A stretch of 64,000 nucleotides of DNA from positions 26,046-90,045 of the forward strand of contig CAVUZY010000001.1 in assembly GCA_963746075.1 (NCBI GenBank), given 5' to 3'. Shown in pieces: positions 31,646-41,306 of the stretch. The notes under the pieces are model-generated. The model made no database searches and was not told the DNA's origin. It saw nothing but the letters and a program-made list of their open reading frames with translations. The position numbers and the translations under genes are program-made. The DNA comes from an uncultured Chloroflexia bacterium. GTDB lineage: Bacteria > Chloroflexota > Limnocylindria > Limnocylindrales > CSP1-4. Each line of letters begins with the position of its first letter. Within the stretch, counting starts at the first letter, position 1.

Positions 31646-32704
31646 TCAGCGCTCGAAGGACATGCCGGGCTTCAGGCGTTGCGCGAAGGCGGCGACGAGG
31701 CGAGCGACCGCCTCCACGTCGTCGAGCTGCACGGTCTCGACGGGCGAGTGCATGTAGCGCAGCGGCACCTCGATCAGCGCGGTCGGCACGCCGGCGCGGC
31801 TCAGGGCGACGGCGTCCGCATCGGTGCCGCTGCGCCGGCCGATCGCGCGCACCGTGCACGGGATGTCCTCGGCCGCGGCGGCATCGCGCAACAGCTCGAA
31901 CAGCCGCGGGTGGAGCATCGACCCGCGCTGGAGAACCGGCCCCGAGCCGAGCGGGTGCGTGCCGGTCTCCTTCTCCTCGGCGCCCGGTACGTCGGACGCG
32001 TGGGTCACGTCGATGACGATCGCGAGGTCCGGCCGCAGGCCGTGTGTCGATGTCAGCGACCCCGCGAACGTCGTCTCCTCCTGTGCGGCGGCAACGGCGA
32101 CGACGTCTCCCGGCGCGCCGCCCGCCTCGGCCGCGAGCCGCGCCGCCTCGAGCGCGACGTACGCGCCAACGCGGTTGTCGAGGGCGCGCGACACGACTCG
32201 GCGGTGAGGCAGCTCGACCGGCTCGGCGGCGACCACCGCGACGTCTCCGATGGAGACGAGCCCGCGTGCCTCGTCGCCGTCCGCGGCGCCGATGTCGATG
32301 TGCAGGTCGCGCAGCTCGGGCACCTTCTCGCGCTCCTCCTTGCGCAGCAGGTGGATCGCCTTGCGCCCGATGACGCCGGGCACCCGGCCGCCTGCCGTCA
32401 GGATCTCGACGCGCTGGCCGACGAGGATGAGCGGCTCCCAGCCGCCGACCTCGGTGAACCACAGGTACCCCTGGTCGTCGATGTAGCGGACGATCAGACC
32501 GATCTCGTCGATATGGCCGACGACCGCGAGCGTCGGCCCGCCGCCGGTCCCGGCGACCCGCGCGGTGCAGGTGCCGACGGTGTCGACGCTCACGTCCGGC
32601 GTGAACGACAGCGCCGCCTCGCGCCACGCCGCCACCGCCTCGGTCTCGTACCCGGACGGACCGGGAGCGGTCAGCAGGCTTCGAAACACGTCCGGGATCG
32701 ACAT
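31646..32704 (-). CDS. M42 family metallo-aminopeptidase
   Basis: GPSGYE, GHIDEIG, ALDNRVG, QEE, GTDA, RYMHSPVE. Confidence 0.92.
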   Translation of the reverse strand: MSIPDVFRSLLTAPGPSGYETEAVAAWREAALSFTPDVSVDTVGTCTARVAGTGGGPTLAVVGHIDEIGLIVRYIDDQGYLWFTEVGGWEPLILVGQRVEILTAGGRVPGVIGRKAIHLLRKEEREKVPELRDLHIDIGAADGDEARGLVSIGDVAVVAAEPVELPHRRVVSRALDNRVGAYVALEAARLAAEAGGAPGDVVAVAAAQEETTFAGSLTSTHGLRPDLAIVIDVTHASDVPGAEEKETGTHPLGSGPVLQRGSMLHPRLFELLRDAAAAEDIPCTVRAIGRRSGTDADAVALSRAGVPTALIEVPLRYMHSPVETVQLDDVEAVARLVAAFAQRLKPGMSFER

Positions 32705-32754
32705 CGGTCGCAGGCTACCCGGCCCGCGTCCGAGCCCGCGCTACGGTTGAGGCG

Positions 32755-33648
32755 GTGACGCCTCACGCCCATTCGCACCACGTCGAGGCCGACGAAGATG
32801 CCCGGCGCTTGTCGATCGCCCTGGCGATCATCGTCGGCTTCATGGCCGCCGAAGTGGTGGCCGGCCTCCTCGCCTCCTCGCTCGCGCTGCTCTCCGACGC
32901 GGCGCACATGCTCGGAGACGCGATCGCGCTGGCACTCGCGCTGGTCGCGCTCCGACTGGCGGCCCGGCCGCCGAGCGGCGCGATGACGTTCGGGCTCAAG
33001 CGGGTCGAGCCGCTCAGCGCCCTGATCAACGGCGTCACGCTCGGCGTCCTCGGCGTCGTCTTCGCGATCGGCGGGGTCATGCGGCTCGTCTCACCGTCGG
33101 ATGTCGACGGCGCCGTCGTGCTCGTCACCGCGTGCGTCGGCATCCCCGTGAACCTCGTCGCCGCGCGGGTCCTGGCGAGCGCAAGCCGGCGCAGCGTCAA
33201 CGTCGAGGGAGCGTTCGCCCACGTCGTCACCGACCTCTACGCCTTCGCCCTCACCGCCATCGCGGGCGCGGTCGTGCTGATCACGGGATTCGACCGGGCG
33301 GATGCGCTGGCCGCGCTGGCCATCGCCGCGCTGATGCTGTGGGCGGCGGCCGGCCTGCTGCGCTCGTCGGGGCGCATCTTCATGGAGGCTGCGCCGCGTG
33401 GGGTCAACCCGGCTGAGGTGGGGCGGGCACTGGCCGCCGAGCCCGGAGTCGCCGAGGTGCACGACCTGCACGTGTGGGAGCTGACGTCGGGCTTCCCGTC
33501 GCTGTCGGCACACGTCGTCGTCGCGACCGACGCGGACTGCCATGCCGTGCGTTTGCGGCTCGAGGAGGAGCTGGTGCGCCGATTCGCCATCAGCCACTCC
33601 ACCCTGCAGGTCGAGCACGAGCCACGACGGCTGCTGTCGATCGAGTAG
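32755..33648 (+). CDS. Cation diffusion facilitator (CzcD-like)
   Basis: LLSDAAHML.D, TFG..R.E, N..GA..HV..D, HDLHVW, HSTLQVE. Confidence 0.92.
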   Translation: MTPHAHSHHVEADEDARRLSIALAIIVGFMAAEVVAGLLASSLALLSDAAHMLGDAIALALALVALRLAARPPSGAMTFGLKRVEPLSALINGVTLGVLGVVFAIGGVMRLVSPSDVDGAVVLVTACVGIPVNLVAARVLASASRRSVNVEGAFAHVVTDLYAFALTAIAGAVVLITGFDRADALAALAIAALMLWAAAGLLRSSGRIFMEAAPRGVNPAEVGRALAAEPGVAEVHDLHVWELTSGFPSLSAHVVVATDADCHAVRLRLEEELVRRFAISHSTLQVEHEPRRLLSIE

Positions 33649-33650
33649 GG

Positions 33651-34070
33651 CTATTTGCTCGAGGATTCGATGAGCGCCAGGAAGTCGGCGGGCGAGTGGA
33701 TCGGCGAACTCTCCGCGCGGAGCGAGAGGAGATGCTGGTCGCCCGATACGAGCGGCGCCCGCTGGGCCGCGGCCAGGCCGAGCAGGTAGTCGTCCCCCGG
33801 GTCAGGCGAGCGGATGGGCGGCTCGTGGGAGGGATCGTCAACGACCATTGCGGATCGCCGGAGCCAGTCGAGCAGCTCCTGGGCCTCGGCCCCCGCGATT
33901 CGCTTGCGCAGCTTCGGATAGCTCAACGCCCGCTCGAGCTCGGCCAGGAGCATGGGCGAGACGACGAGATCGAATGCGCCGTCGATCCAGCCCTGGAGAA
34001 CTCGGGCCGGCGCGCCGCGAGGAGACAGCACCGCAGAGATCAGAACATTCGGATCGAGGACCGCACGCAC
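33651..34070 (-). CDS. PIN-domain toxin
   Basis: VLDPNVLISA, EL, DPGDDY, LVSGDQHLL. Confidence 0.88.
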   Translation of the reverse strand: MRAVLDPNVLISAVLSPRGAPARVLQGWIDGAFDLVVSPMLLAELERALSYPKLRKRIAGAEAQELLDWLRRSAMVVDDPSHEPPIRSPDPGDDYLLGLAAAQRAPLVSGDQHLLSLRAESSPIHSPADFLALIESSSK

Positions 34071-34074
34071 CGCC

Positions 34075-34302
34075 TCAGGCGCGAGCACGAGTGCGGTGCT
34101 GTGCCTCGACAGCCAAAGCGGTGGCCTCGTCCTCTGACAGCTCGTTGCGCGACCACACGCCCTCGAGGAGGTCGAGCCCCAGCTCGCGGCGCACTGCAGC
34201 CTCGATCACGGCGCTGTCGCCTTGGCCCGTGCGGGCCGCACGGATCTTGACGAGGCGCAGGACATCCCCGTCGATCGTCAAGGTCGTACGCACCTTTGCC
34301 AC
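34075..34302 (-). CDS. Ribbon-helix-helix antitoxin
   Basis: RTTLTID N-terminal ribbon; directly upstream of PIN gene. Confidence 0.85.
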   Translation of the reverse strand: MAKVRTTLTIDGDVLRLVKIRAARTGQGDSAVIEAAVRRELGLDLLEGVWSRNELSEDEATALAVEAQHRTRARA

Positions 34303-34306
34303 AAAC

Positions 34307-34326
34307 GCATCATAGCATCATGATGC
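34307..34326. promoter_or_regulatory. Probable TA autorepression operator
   Basis: GCATCATAGCATCATGATGC: perfect palindrome GCATCATGATGC plus extra GCATCAT half-site overlapping TATGAT -10 box. Confidence 0.65.
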
Positions 34327-34692
34327 GGGCCTTTCGACTTGCCCTCCGGTCACCCGGAGGGACATAGCGGGGGCCCGCTTCGTCTCTCGCGGTGACGCAC
34401 GGATCCGGACTCGAATCACGGTCTAAGCGCACCAAGCGGCCGCGCAAAAGTCGAGCGCGCGGAAGCCATCCATTTCGCAATGGGCTTTTTGGTCCGCGGG
34501 CGGAGCCAGATCGACCATCAGGCTGCGTGAGGCGCGGGTGGTGACCTCGGTCTGGCCGTCTCCGTCGCCAACGACTTCCTTCATGCCGGGTTCCAGTGGC
34601 TGTGCAAGTGCACAGCAACGCAGCACGACCGCAGGCGAGCCCCAACGTGCCAGACCGTCGCGCGAGTTGTGCTTACCGACTAGGCTCGTGCG

Positions 34693-35100
34693 ATGCGCAA
34701 GGGGCGGCGCTCACTATTGCTGTGCCTGGTTGCCGCGCTTGTCGCTGTGGCCTTCGCGACGGCGCCGGGGTTGACGCATGCGGCGACGGTCACGTCGACG
34801 TTCGACGCGAGCGCTGAGGGTTGGTCGGTTTCGGGGGATAGGCGCACGCAGACGCACGTCGCCACCGGCGGCAACCCCGGCGGGTTCGTCCGGGCCGTCT
34901 GACGCCGGGCGACAGCCTCAGGCGGCGACCAGATCTCGATGTGGTGGGAAGCCCCCGCGAGGTTCGAGAACCTGAAGGGTCTCTACGGCGGCGAGCTTCA
35001 GTTCGACTTGCGTCAGTCGTCGGTCTCCGGCCAGTACGACGAGCCGCTCGGCGATGTGCTGATCGTCGGCGGCCCGGGGGTCAACCACATTCAGGTCTGG
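34693..35100 (+). pseudogene. Secreted laminin-IV(B)-like protein, N-terminal part only
   Basis: Signal peptide; STFD...EGW, GGNPGG, WWEAP..F, YGGELQFDL; in-frame TGA at 34900 and truncation at junction. Confidence 0.65.
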
Positions 35101-36678
35101 ACGCGGCCGCCGCCGATCCCCGCCGACCTCATGCGGCGCGTGTTCGCCGACTACGAGCGAGCCAAGACGCGGGCGGGTCGGATCGACTTCGACGACCTGC
35201 TGGCCGAGACGATCGCCCTCCTCGAGACCGACGAGGAGGCAGCTGACATCGTCCGCTCGCGCAAGCGGTGGTTCAGCGTCGACGAGTACCAGGACACCAA
35301 CCCCCACCAGGAGCGGCTGCTCGAGCTGTGGGCCGGCCCAAGTCGCGACATCTGCGTCGTCGGCGACGAGGACCAGACGATCTACACGTTCACCGGCGCC
35401 ACGTCGTCGTATCTCACGGGCTTCGCCACGCGTCACGCCGGGGCCCGGGTCATCGCCCTGACCGAGAACTACCGCTCGACGCCCCAGATCCTCGGCTTTG
35501 CGAACCGGCTCCTGGCCGCCGACGGGCGCTCGAAGGCGCTGACGGCGACCCGTCCCGAGGGCCCGCAGCCGATCGTCCAGGGCTACTCCGACGGCGGGGC
35601 CGAGCTGGCGGCCCTCGCCCGGACGATCCGCGGCCTGCTGGCCGACGGGGGCGAGGAGCGGATCGACCCCGCCGAGGTCGCGATCCTGGTCCGGATGAAC
35701 GCCCAGCTGGCCCCGATCGAGGAGGCGCTGACGCGAGCAGGCATCGCGTACCAGGTCCGCGGGGTGCGGTTCTACGACCGGCCCGAGATCAAGGCCGCGA
35801 TCGCGCTGATCCGGGATCTCGAGACCGACTCCGCCGGCCGGGCGCTGGCGACCGCGATCCGAGCGGCGTTCCGGACCGAGCTCGGCCACGAGCCCGCGGA
35901 GCCCGCGGCGGCGACGGCCGATGGCCCACGCGGCGACGAAGCTCGCGAGCGAGCGGCCGCGCTCGAGACCATCCTGGCGATCGTCGACGAGGTGATCCGG
36001 GCCGACCCGGCCACCGATCGGGCGCAGGTCCGGGCGGAGCTGGAGCGGCGCGCCGCCCACGAGCGCGACGGAGCGGCCGACGGCGTGAACCTCCTCACGT
36101 ATCACCGGGCAAAGGGCCTCGAGTGGGACGCCGTCTTCCTGCCGATGCTCGAGGACGGGACACTGCCGATCCGTCAGGCATTCGACGACGAGGCGGCGAT
36201 CGCCGAGGAGCGGCGGCTGCTGTATGTCGGGATCACCCGGGCCCGCCGCCGGCTCCACCTGTCGTGGGCCGATCGACGGGAGACCCGCGGTCGCGAGGCG
36301 AGCCGGAAGCGGAGTCGATTCCTCGCCGGGCTGGCGCCGAGCGCGCCACGGTCCGCGGCGGGCGGTCGCGGCCTGCTTCCGGGACCCACCACGGTCCGAC
36401 GGCGACCGACGTCCGGTGAGGACCCGCTGTTCGATGCCCTCCGTGCCTGGCGGACGGACCGTGCCCGGGAGGAGCAGATGCCGGCCTACGTCGTGGCGTC
36501 CGACGAGACCCTCGCCTCGATCGCGGCCGCCCGACCGTCGAGCCTGACCGCCCTCGAGCGGGTGAAGGGGATCGGGCCGTCCAAGCTCGACCGATACGGC
36601 GCCGACCTCCTCGCGATCATCGCCGCGGCCGCCCCCGCCGTCGAGCCACCCGCGGAGGATGCCGCAGAGCCTGGCTGA
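35101..36678 (+). CDS. UvrD2-like SF1 helicase with HRDC domain, N-terminus (Walker A) missing
   Basis: IDFDDLL, VDEYQD, VVGDEDQTIY, NYRST, TYHRAKGLEW, EERRLLYVGITRA, HRDC (LRAWR...PAYVV..D.TL). Confidence 0.88.
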   Translation, partial: TRPPPIPADLMRRVFADYERAKTRAGRIDFDDLLAETIALLETDEEAADIVRSRKRWFSVDEYQDTNPHQERLLELWAGPSRDICVVGDEDQTIYTFTGATSSYLTGFATRHAGARVIALTENYRSTPQILGFANRLLAADGRSKALTATRPEGPQPIVQGYSDGGAELAALARTIRGLLADGGEERIDPAEVAILVRMNAQLAPIEEALTRAGIAYQVRGVRFYDRPEIKAAIALIRDLETDSAGRALATAIRAAFRTELGHEPAEPAAATADGPRGDEARERAAALETILAIVDEVIRADPATDRAQVRAELERRAAHERDGAADGVNLLTYHRAKGLEWDAVFLPMLEDGTLPIRQAFDDEAAIAEERRLLYVGITRARRRLHLSWADRRETRGREASRKRSRFLAGLAPSAPRSAAGGRGLLPGPTTVRRRPTSGEDPLFDALRAWRTDRAREEQMPAYVVASDETLASIAAARPSSLTALERVKGIGPSKLDRYGADLLAIIAAAAPAVEPPAEDAAEPG

Positions 36679-36706
36679 CGCCGGAGACGCGGTCCGGACA
36701 CGAAGA

Positions 36707-36734
36707 CGCCGGCGCCGCTTTCGCGACGCCGGCG
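36707..36734. terminator. GC-rich hairpin between convergent genes
   Basis: CGCCGGCG-CCGC-TTTC-GCGA-CGCCGGCG. Confidence 0.5.
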
Positions 36735-36750
36735 CACGATCCCGGACCGA

Positions 36751-37377
36751 TCAGCCGGGGGTGTCCTGACCCTCCTGGATGATCCCCACGACGCTCGAAG
36801 CGTCGACGTCGTGGTCGAAGGTGAGGATCAGCTGGCGATCCATGCCGACCGCGTCGGTGACGCCGGTCGGGGGCGGCTGGATGAGCAGGAGCTGAAGGTT
36901 GCCGTCGGTCTCGTCGACGAAGAGCGTCAGCTCGTTGTCGATCGGGAAGTCGACCCATGTCAGCTCGAGCGTCCGGCCGTCCAGGTTCCGGATGGCGAGT
37001 CCGTCGGCCGACGGGTTGTCGCCGGGCTTGCCGCTGATGGCCTTGACGATCGAGCCGGTCCGATCCTTGATCTCGACCGTCACGATGGATCGGTCGAAGG
37101 TATCGAGGACGACCGTGGTCGGCTTGGCACCGGGGACCTCCGTCGGATCGACGACGGGCGGCTTCGCGCTGACGACGGGCGTCGGAACGGGCGTCGGATC
37201 CTGAGCGGCGGGCGGGGCCGCGCTCGAGATCGGGGCCGGCGGGATCGAAGCGGGCGCGTCCGCGGCCCGGCCCGGACCGGCTGCGAAAGCGACTACGGCG
37301 ACCGCCGCGATGGCGACACCGGCAAGAGACAGGGTGGCGGGGCGGAGGGCCCCTGCGGGATCGTGGAAGCGGGACAT
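36751..37377 (-). CDS. Hypothetical exported protein with Pro-rich linker
   Basis: N-terminal hydrophobic segment, PAP/PTP linker, beta-rich C-domain. Confidence 0.75.
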   Translation of the reverse strand: MSRFHDPAGALRPATLSLAGVAIAAVAVVAFAAGPGRAADAPASIPPAPISSAAPPAAQDPTPVPTPVVSAKPPVVDPTEVPGAKPTTVVLDTFDRSIVTVEIKDRTGSIVKAISGKPGDNPSADGLAIRNLDGRTLELTWVDFPIDNELTLFVDETDGNLQLLLIQPPPTGVTDAVGMDRQLILTFDHDVDASSVVGIIQEGQDTPG

Positions 37378-37743
37378 GAGAACGTCCGTGACCTTTCGTT
37401 GGATGACGGTTGGGCTGGCGAGGGCCGGCATCTGCCGGACTCACCACGTACGAGGCGTCGGACGCGCGACTTCTTCATCGATTCCGGGCCGGTCGGGCGG
37501 GTTGTGTACGTTCGTCCATCCCGGCTAGGTCATTCGTCGCGCCAATTCGGCGTTCGCTGCAATACCGTTGCGCTGCCTGCGTCGGGCATCGCATCCGTCT
37601 CTCAAGGTCCGCAGACGGCGTCGCAAGCGAACCGCTGGCGGCGATCCGGGCGTACGGTGGAGGGGACCCCCATGACCCGGCGGCGCCCTCGTCCCGAGCT
37701 CGCTCCGCGTCCCCATGCGCGCCGCCCGCAGAGGAGGATCAAC

Positions 37744-38697
37744 ATGCCTCGCACCCCCTGGCCCGCGGCTCGCCGCGCGGCCGCCTCGCTCGTCGGACTC
37801 GGGCTCGCCCTGGTCGTCGCGACGAGCGCCCTGGCCGCCGCTCCGTTCCCGCGCCGCATCGACCTGCCGACCGGCTGGCAGCCCGAGGGCATCACGAGCC
37901 ACGGGACGACCGCCTGGACCGGGTCGCTCGCCACTGGCGCGATCCGCGAGACCAACCTGCGCACCGGCCGGAGCCACACGCTCGTCGCCGGCGTCGCCGG
38001 TCACGTCGCGGTCGGCATCGACTACGAGCGGGCCCACGATCGACTGTGGGTGGCCGGCGGCCCGACCGGATTCGTCCGCGTCTACGACGCCGGTGACGGC
38101 GCGCTGCTCGGCGAATGGCACGTCAGCGCGGGCTTCCTCAACGACGTGATCGTCACGAAGGACGCCGCCTACGTCACCGATTCGGGGATGGCCCAGCTGA
38201 TCGTGATCCCGCTCGGCCGGCGCGGGTCGCTGCCAGGCCCGACCGGCGCCTTCTCGCTTCCCCTGAGCGGTGACATCGTCGTCGACCCCGCCGCCCTCAA
38301 CGCGAACGGCATCGCCGCCGCTCGCGGCTGGCTCCTGATCGTCCAGTCGAACACGGGCCTTCTCTTCCGGGTGAACCCGGCGACGGGCGTGACTCGCGTC
38401 CTCACCGGCGACTACGACGCCACGATGGGCGACGGGCTCGAGGTTCGCGGGTCGACCGCATGGGTCATCCGGAACCGGATCGAGACGATTGCCGTGCTCC
38501 GCCTGAACAGCCGCCTGACGCGGGCGAACGAGGTCGGCACGATCACGATGCCCGATCCGCCGGATGCGCTCGAGGTCCCGACGACGGCGACGATCGCCGC
38601 CGGGTCCCTGTGGGCGGTCAATGCCCGGTTCGGGATCGCGAATCCCGCCACGCAGAGCTACTGGATCACGCGGCTGCCCCTCAAGCCGAACGCCTGA
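37744..38697 (+). CDS. Secreted beta-propeller (SMP-30/gluconolactonase-like)
   Basis: Signal peptide; LP.GWQPEGI, LWVAGG.TG, FLNDV, YVTDS, NANGI, GDGL, PTT. Confidence 0.8.
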   Translation: MPRTPWPAARRAAASLVGLGLALVVATSALAAAPFPRRIDLPTGWQPEGITSHGTTAWTGSLATGAIRETNLRTGRSHTLVAGVAGHVAVGIDYERAHDRLWVAGGPTGFVRVYDAGDGALLGEWHVSAGFLNDVIVTKDAAYVTDSGMAQLIVIPLGRRGSLPGPTGAFSLPLSGDIVVDPAALNANGIAAARGWLLIVQSNTGLLFRVNPATGVTRVLTGDYDATMGDGLEVRGSTAWVIRNRIETIAVLRLNSRLTRANEVGTITMPDPPDALEVPTTATIAAGSLWAVNARFGIANPATQSYWITRLPLKPNA

Positions 38698-38723
38698 CGG
38701 TCGGTCAGCCCCGCGATCCGGAG

Positions 38724-38759
38724 GGCCACGACGGCGAGCAACGCTCGGCCGTCGTGGCC
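38724..38759 (+). terminator. Intrinsic terminator-like hairpin
   Basis: GGCCACGACGGC-GAGC-AAC-GCTC-G-GCCGTCGTGGCC followed by TCTTCCTT. Confidence 0.6.
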
Positions 38760-38917
38760 TCTTCCTTGCCTGTTTGCCGTGGCGCGACGGAGCGGTGTTC
38801 GGGTGCACCGCCGTTCGTCGGCGCGCCGCCGGCGACGAGTCACGGAAACTTGACCCGGGTGCTCCGACTGCGGTTTGCTAGCGGCCAACCCCAGGTCGCA
38901 ACGCAACGGGAGTGGAG

Positions 38918-39946
38918 ATGCGGATCCAGCGTTCAGCCGCGGTCGCGGCAACCCTCGTTCTCGCCGCCCTGCCCATCCTCGCCAGTGGCGTCGCTGCCGC
39001 CGGCGGCAACGCGATGGCGGCCCGCGATCGCGCCGAGCACACCCGGATCGTGAATTTCTGGACGCCGGCCCGTGTTCGGGCGGCGATCCCGCGCGACTTG
39101 GCCTTCGATCCCGTGCGTGGCAGCGACGTCGCCCCGAAGGCCAAGCCCACGAAGCCGCCCGGCGGCGGTGGCGGCGGCAACACGACCGGCGCGTCGTGGC
39201 CGAACGGGACCGGCAAGGTCTACAAGGCAACCGGCAAGGTGCTGTTCACGATGGGCGGCTCCCAGTACGTCTGCAGCGGCACCGCCCTCAGCAACAGCCG
39301 CGGCGGCACCGACGGCGTGGTGATCACGGCCGGCCACTGCGCCTACGACGAGACCGCCCGCGCCTTCGCCACCAACTGGCTCTTCGTCCCGCAGTTCGAC
39401 AGCAACCCGACGTTCACCTGTGCCAGCACCGCGTTCGGCTGCTGGACCGCCAAGGCGCTCGTCGTTCACAACGGCTACGCCTCGGCCGGCGGCTTCAACA
39501 ACCAGGCGGTCCGCTACGACTGGGCGCTGGCGGTCGTCGGCGGCGGTGGCAAGACGAGCGGGGCGAACGTCGACCTCGACACGGCCGTCGGCAACTTCGG
39601 CTACCAGGCCAGCGAGATGAGCCTGAACACGGTTGCGTCGGCCTTCGGCTACCCGGCCGCCGGCAAGTACAGGGGCAACGATCTGACGTACTGCCAGGGC
39701 CCGACCACCCGCGACACCAACCCCGGTACGAACAACTACAAGCTGGCCTGCGCCATGACCGGCGGCTCGTCGGGCGGCCCCTGGTTCAGCGGGTTCGACG
39801 CGTCCGGCAACGCCGGCACGATCCGCTCGCTCAACTCGTACGGCTACGGGAACCAGGCGTTCATGTACGGACCGATCTTCAACACCACCACCACGTCCAC
39901 GGTCAACGCGGCCAACAGCGCGAACTCGAACACCATCGTCAACTGA
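38918..39946 (+). CDS. Secreted trypsin-like serine protease
   Basis: Signal/propeptide; CSG, TAGHC, YDWA, MTGGSSGGPW. Confidence 0.9.
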   Translation: MRIQRSAAVAATLVLAALPILASGVAAAGGNAMAARDRAEHTRIVNFWTPARVRAAIPRDLAFDPVRGSDVAPKAKPTKPPGGGGGGNTTGASWPNGTGKVYKATGKVLFTMGGSQYVCSGTALSNSRGGTDGVVITAGHCAYDETARAFATNWLFVPQFDSNPTFTCASTAFGCWTAKALVVHNGYASAGGFNNQAVRYDWALAVVGGGGKTSGANVDLDTAVGNFGYQASEMSLNTVASAFGYPAAGKYRGNDLTYCQGPTTRDTNPGTNNYKLACAMTGGSSGGPWFSGFDASGNAGTIRSLNSYGYGNQAFMYGPIFNTTTTSTVNAANSANSNTIVN

Positions 39947-39980
39947 GCGCCGCCGGCCGACGCCGGCGACCGATCGACCC

Positions 39981-40009
39981 ACGGGCGGACCGTCAGACGG
40001 TCCGCCCGT
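39981..40009 (+). terminator. Perfect 13-bp hairpin downstream of protease
   Basis: ACGGGCGGACCGT-CAG-ACGGTCCGCCCGT. Confidence 0.65.
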
Positions 40010-40055
40010 CGTCGTTCCGTGACGAAGTCGCCTCGGATCGGGCAGGCTGGTCCCC

Positions 40056-41306
40056 GTGATACGCGAGCCCGGTCCGTCGGCATCGCCAGCACCGGGCGCG
40101 ATCCTTCGCCCGGCGATCGTCTACGCGATCCTGTTCGGCGCCCAGGGCGCGTACCTGCCGTACATCGCGGTGTACCTGGCATCGACCAGGCTCGACCTCG
40201 GGACGGTCGGCGCCCTGATCGCCCTGTTCGCGGCCGTCAGCCTGGTGGCGGCCCCTGCCTGGGGCGCGCTCGCCGATTCGCTCGGGGACATCCGCGGTCC
40301 GACGCTCGTGGCCGGGATCCTGTCGGGTGCCGCGGTCGTCCTGTTGGCCGTGTCGGTCGGGCCGCTCGCCCTGGCCATCGGGATCGCCCTGCTCGCGGCG
40401 GCGTGGGCGGGCGTCATCCCGATGATCGACAGCCGGGCGGTAAGGATGGTCGGCCACCGCGACCGCTTCGGCCAGGCGCGCGCGCCGGGCTCCGGAGCGT
40501 TCGTCGTCGCGGCGTTCGCGACCGGGGCGGTGATCGCCAGCCAGGGGCCCGGCGGCATGTTCGCCGTGTATGGGCCGCTCGTGGTCCTGACCGGGATCAG
40601 CGCGTGGGCCCTCCTCCGGGTCCCCGCGCCGGCCTCGACGCCGGAGACGAGTCAGGCACCACGACCCCGATCGCTGGCGTCGGGGGTCGCCCAGCGTGCC
40701 GCGGGGGCGCTCTCGCCCGGAACGATCCTCGGGGTGCTTCGAACGCCGCGGCTCGGACTGTTCTTCCTGGCGTCGGTTGTCGTCTGGACGTCCACGGCCG
40801 CGCTGCTCGGCTTCATCTCGCTGCGCGTGCTGGAGCTCGGCGGCGATGGGGCAGCCGTGGCGGCGACGTGGTCGCTCGGGGCGGTGATCGAGGTCCCGCT
40901 GATGTACGCCTTCCCGGCCCTCGCCCGTCGTTTCGGCGCCGAGCGGCTGATCGTGCTCGGCGCGTTCTCGTTCGCCATCCGGGCGTCGATCAGCGCGATC
41001 GTCGACGTTCCGGCGGCGATCGTCCTCGCCTCGCTGTTCGGCGGGATCGGCTTCTCGTTCTTCTACGTCGGGACCGTGACGTGGGTGGCCGGCAGCGTCG
41101 GCCGCCGGGTCCAGGCGACCGCCCAGGGCATCTTCAGCGGCACGGCCCAGGCGATGGGCGCGATCGGTGGCTCGATCATCGGCGGGGCGATCGGGGCCGC
41201 CTACGGGCTGCCGGTGCTCTTCGGCGTGGCCGCGGCGGGGTTCGTGGCCGGCGGGCTGCTGTCGTGGCTGGCGATCGGCCGCGGGCCGGGCGTCGGTTCG
41301 GACTGA
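40056..41306 (+). CDS. MFS transporter
   Basis: ~12 hydrophobic segments; PAWGALAD, FGQARA.GS, EVPLM, ATAQG. Confidence 0.88.
   Translation: MIREPGPSASPAPGAILRPAIVYAILFGAQGAYLPYIAVYLASTRLDLGTVGALIALFAAVSLVAAPAWGALADSLGDIRGPTLVAGILSGAAVVLLAVSVGPLALAIGIALLAAAWAGVIPMIDSRAVRMVGHRDRFGQARAPGSGAFVVAAFATGAVIASQGPGGMFAVYGPLVVLTGISAWALLRVPAPASTPETSQAPRPRSLASGVAQRAAGALSPGTILGVLRTPRLGLFFLASVVVWTSTAALLGFISLRVLELGGDGAAVAATWSLGAVIEVPLMYAFPALARRFGAERLIVLGAFSFAIRASISAIVDVPAAIVLASLFGGIGFSFFYVGTVTWVAGSVGRRVQATAQGIFSGTAQAMGAIGGSIIGGAIGAAYGLPVLFGVAAAGFVAGGLLSWLAIGRGPGVGSD

Noticed and set aside
34900-34902. In-frame TGA as selenocysteine/read-through
   Set aside because: Position corresponds to an expected Asp (GTC-t-GAC-GCC); compensating indels explain it; no redox motif
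34939-36678. Novel laminin-helicase fusion protein
   Set aside because: Signal-peptide protein joined to a cytoplasmic helicase lacking Walker A; more simply a mis-join
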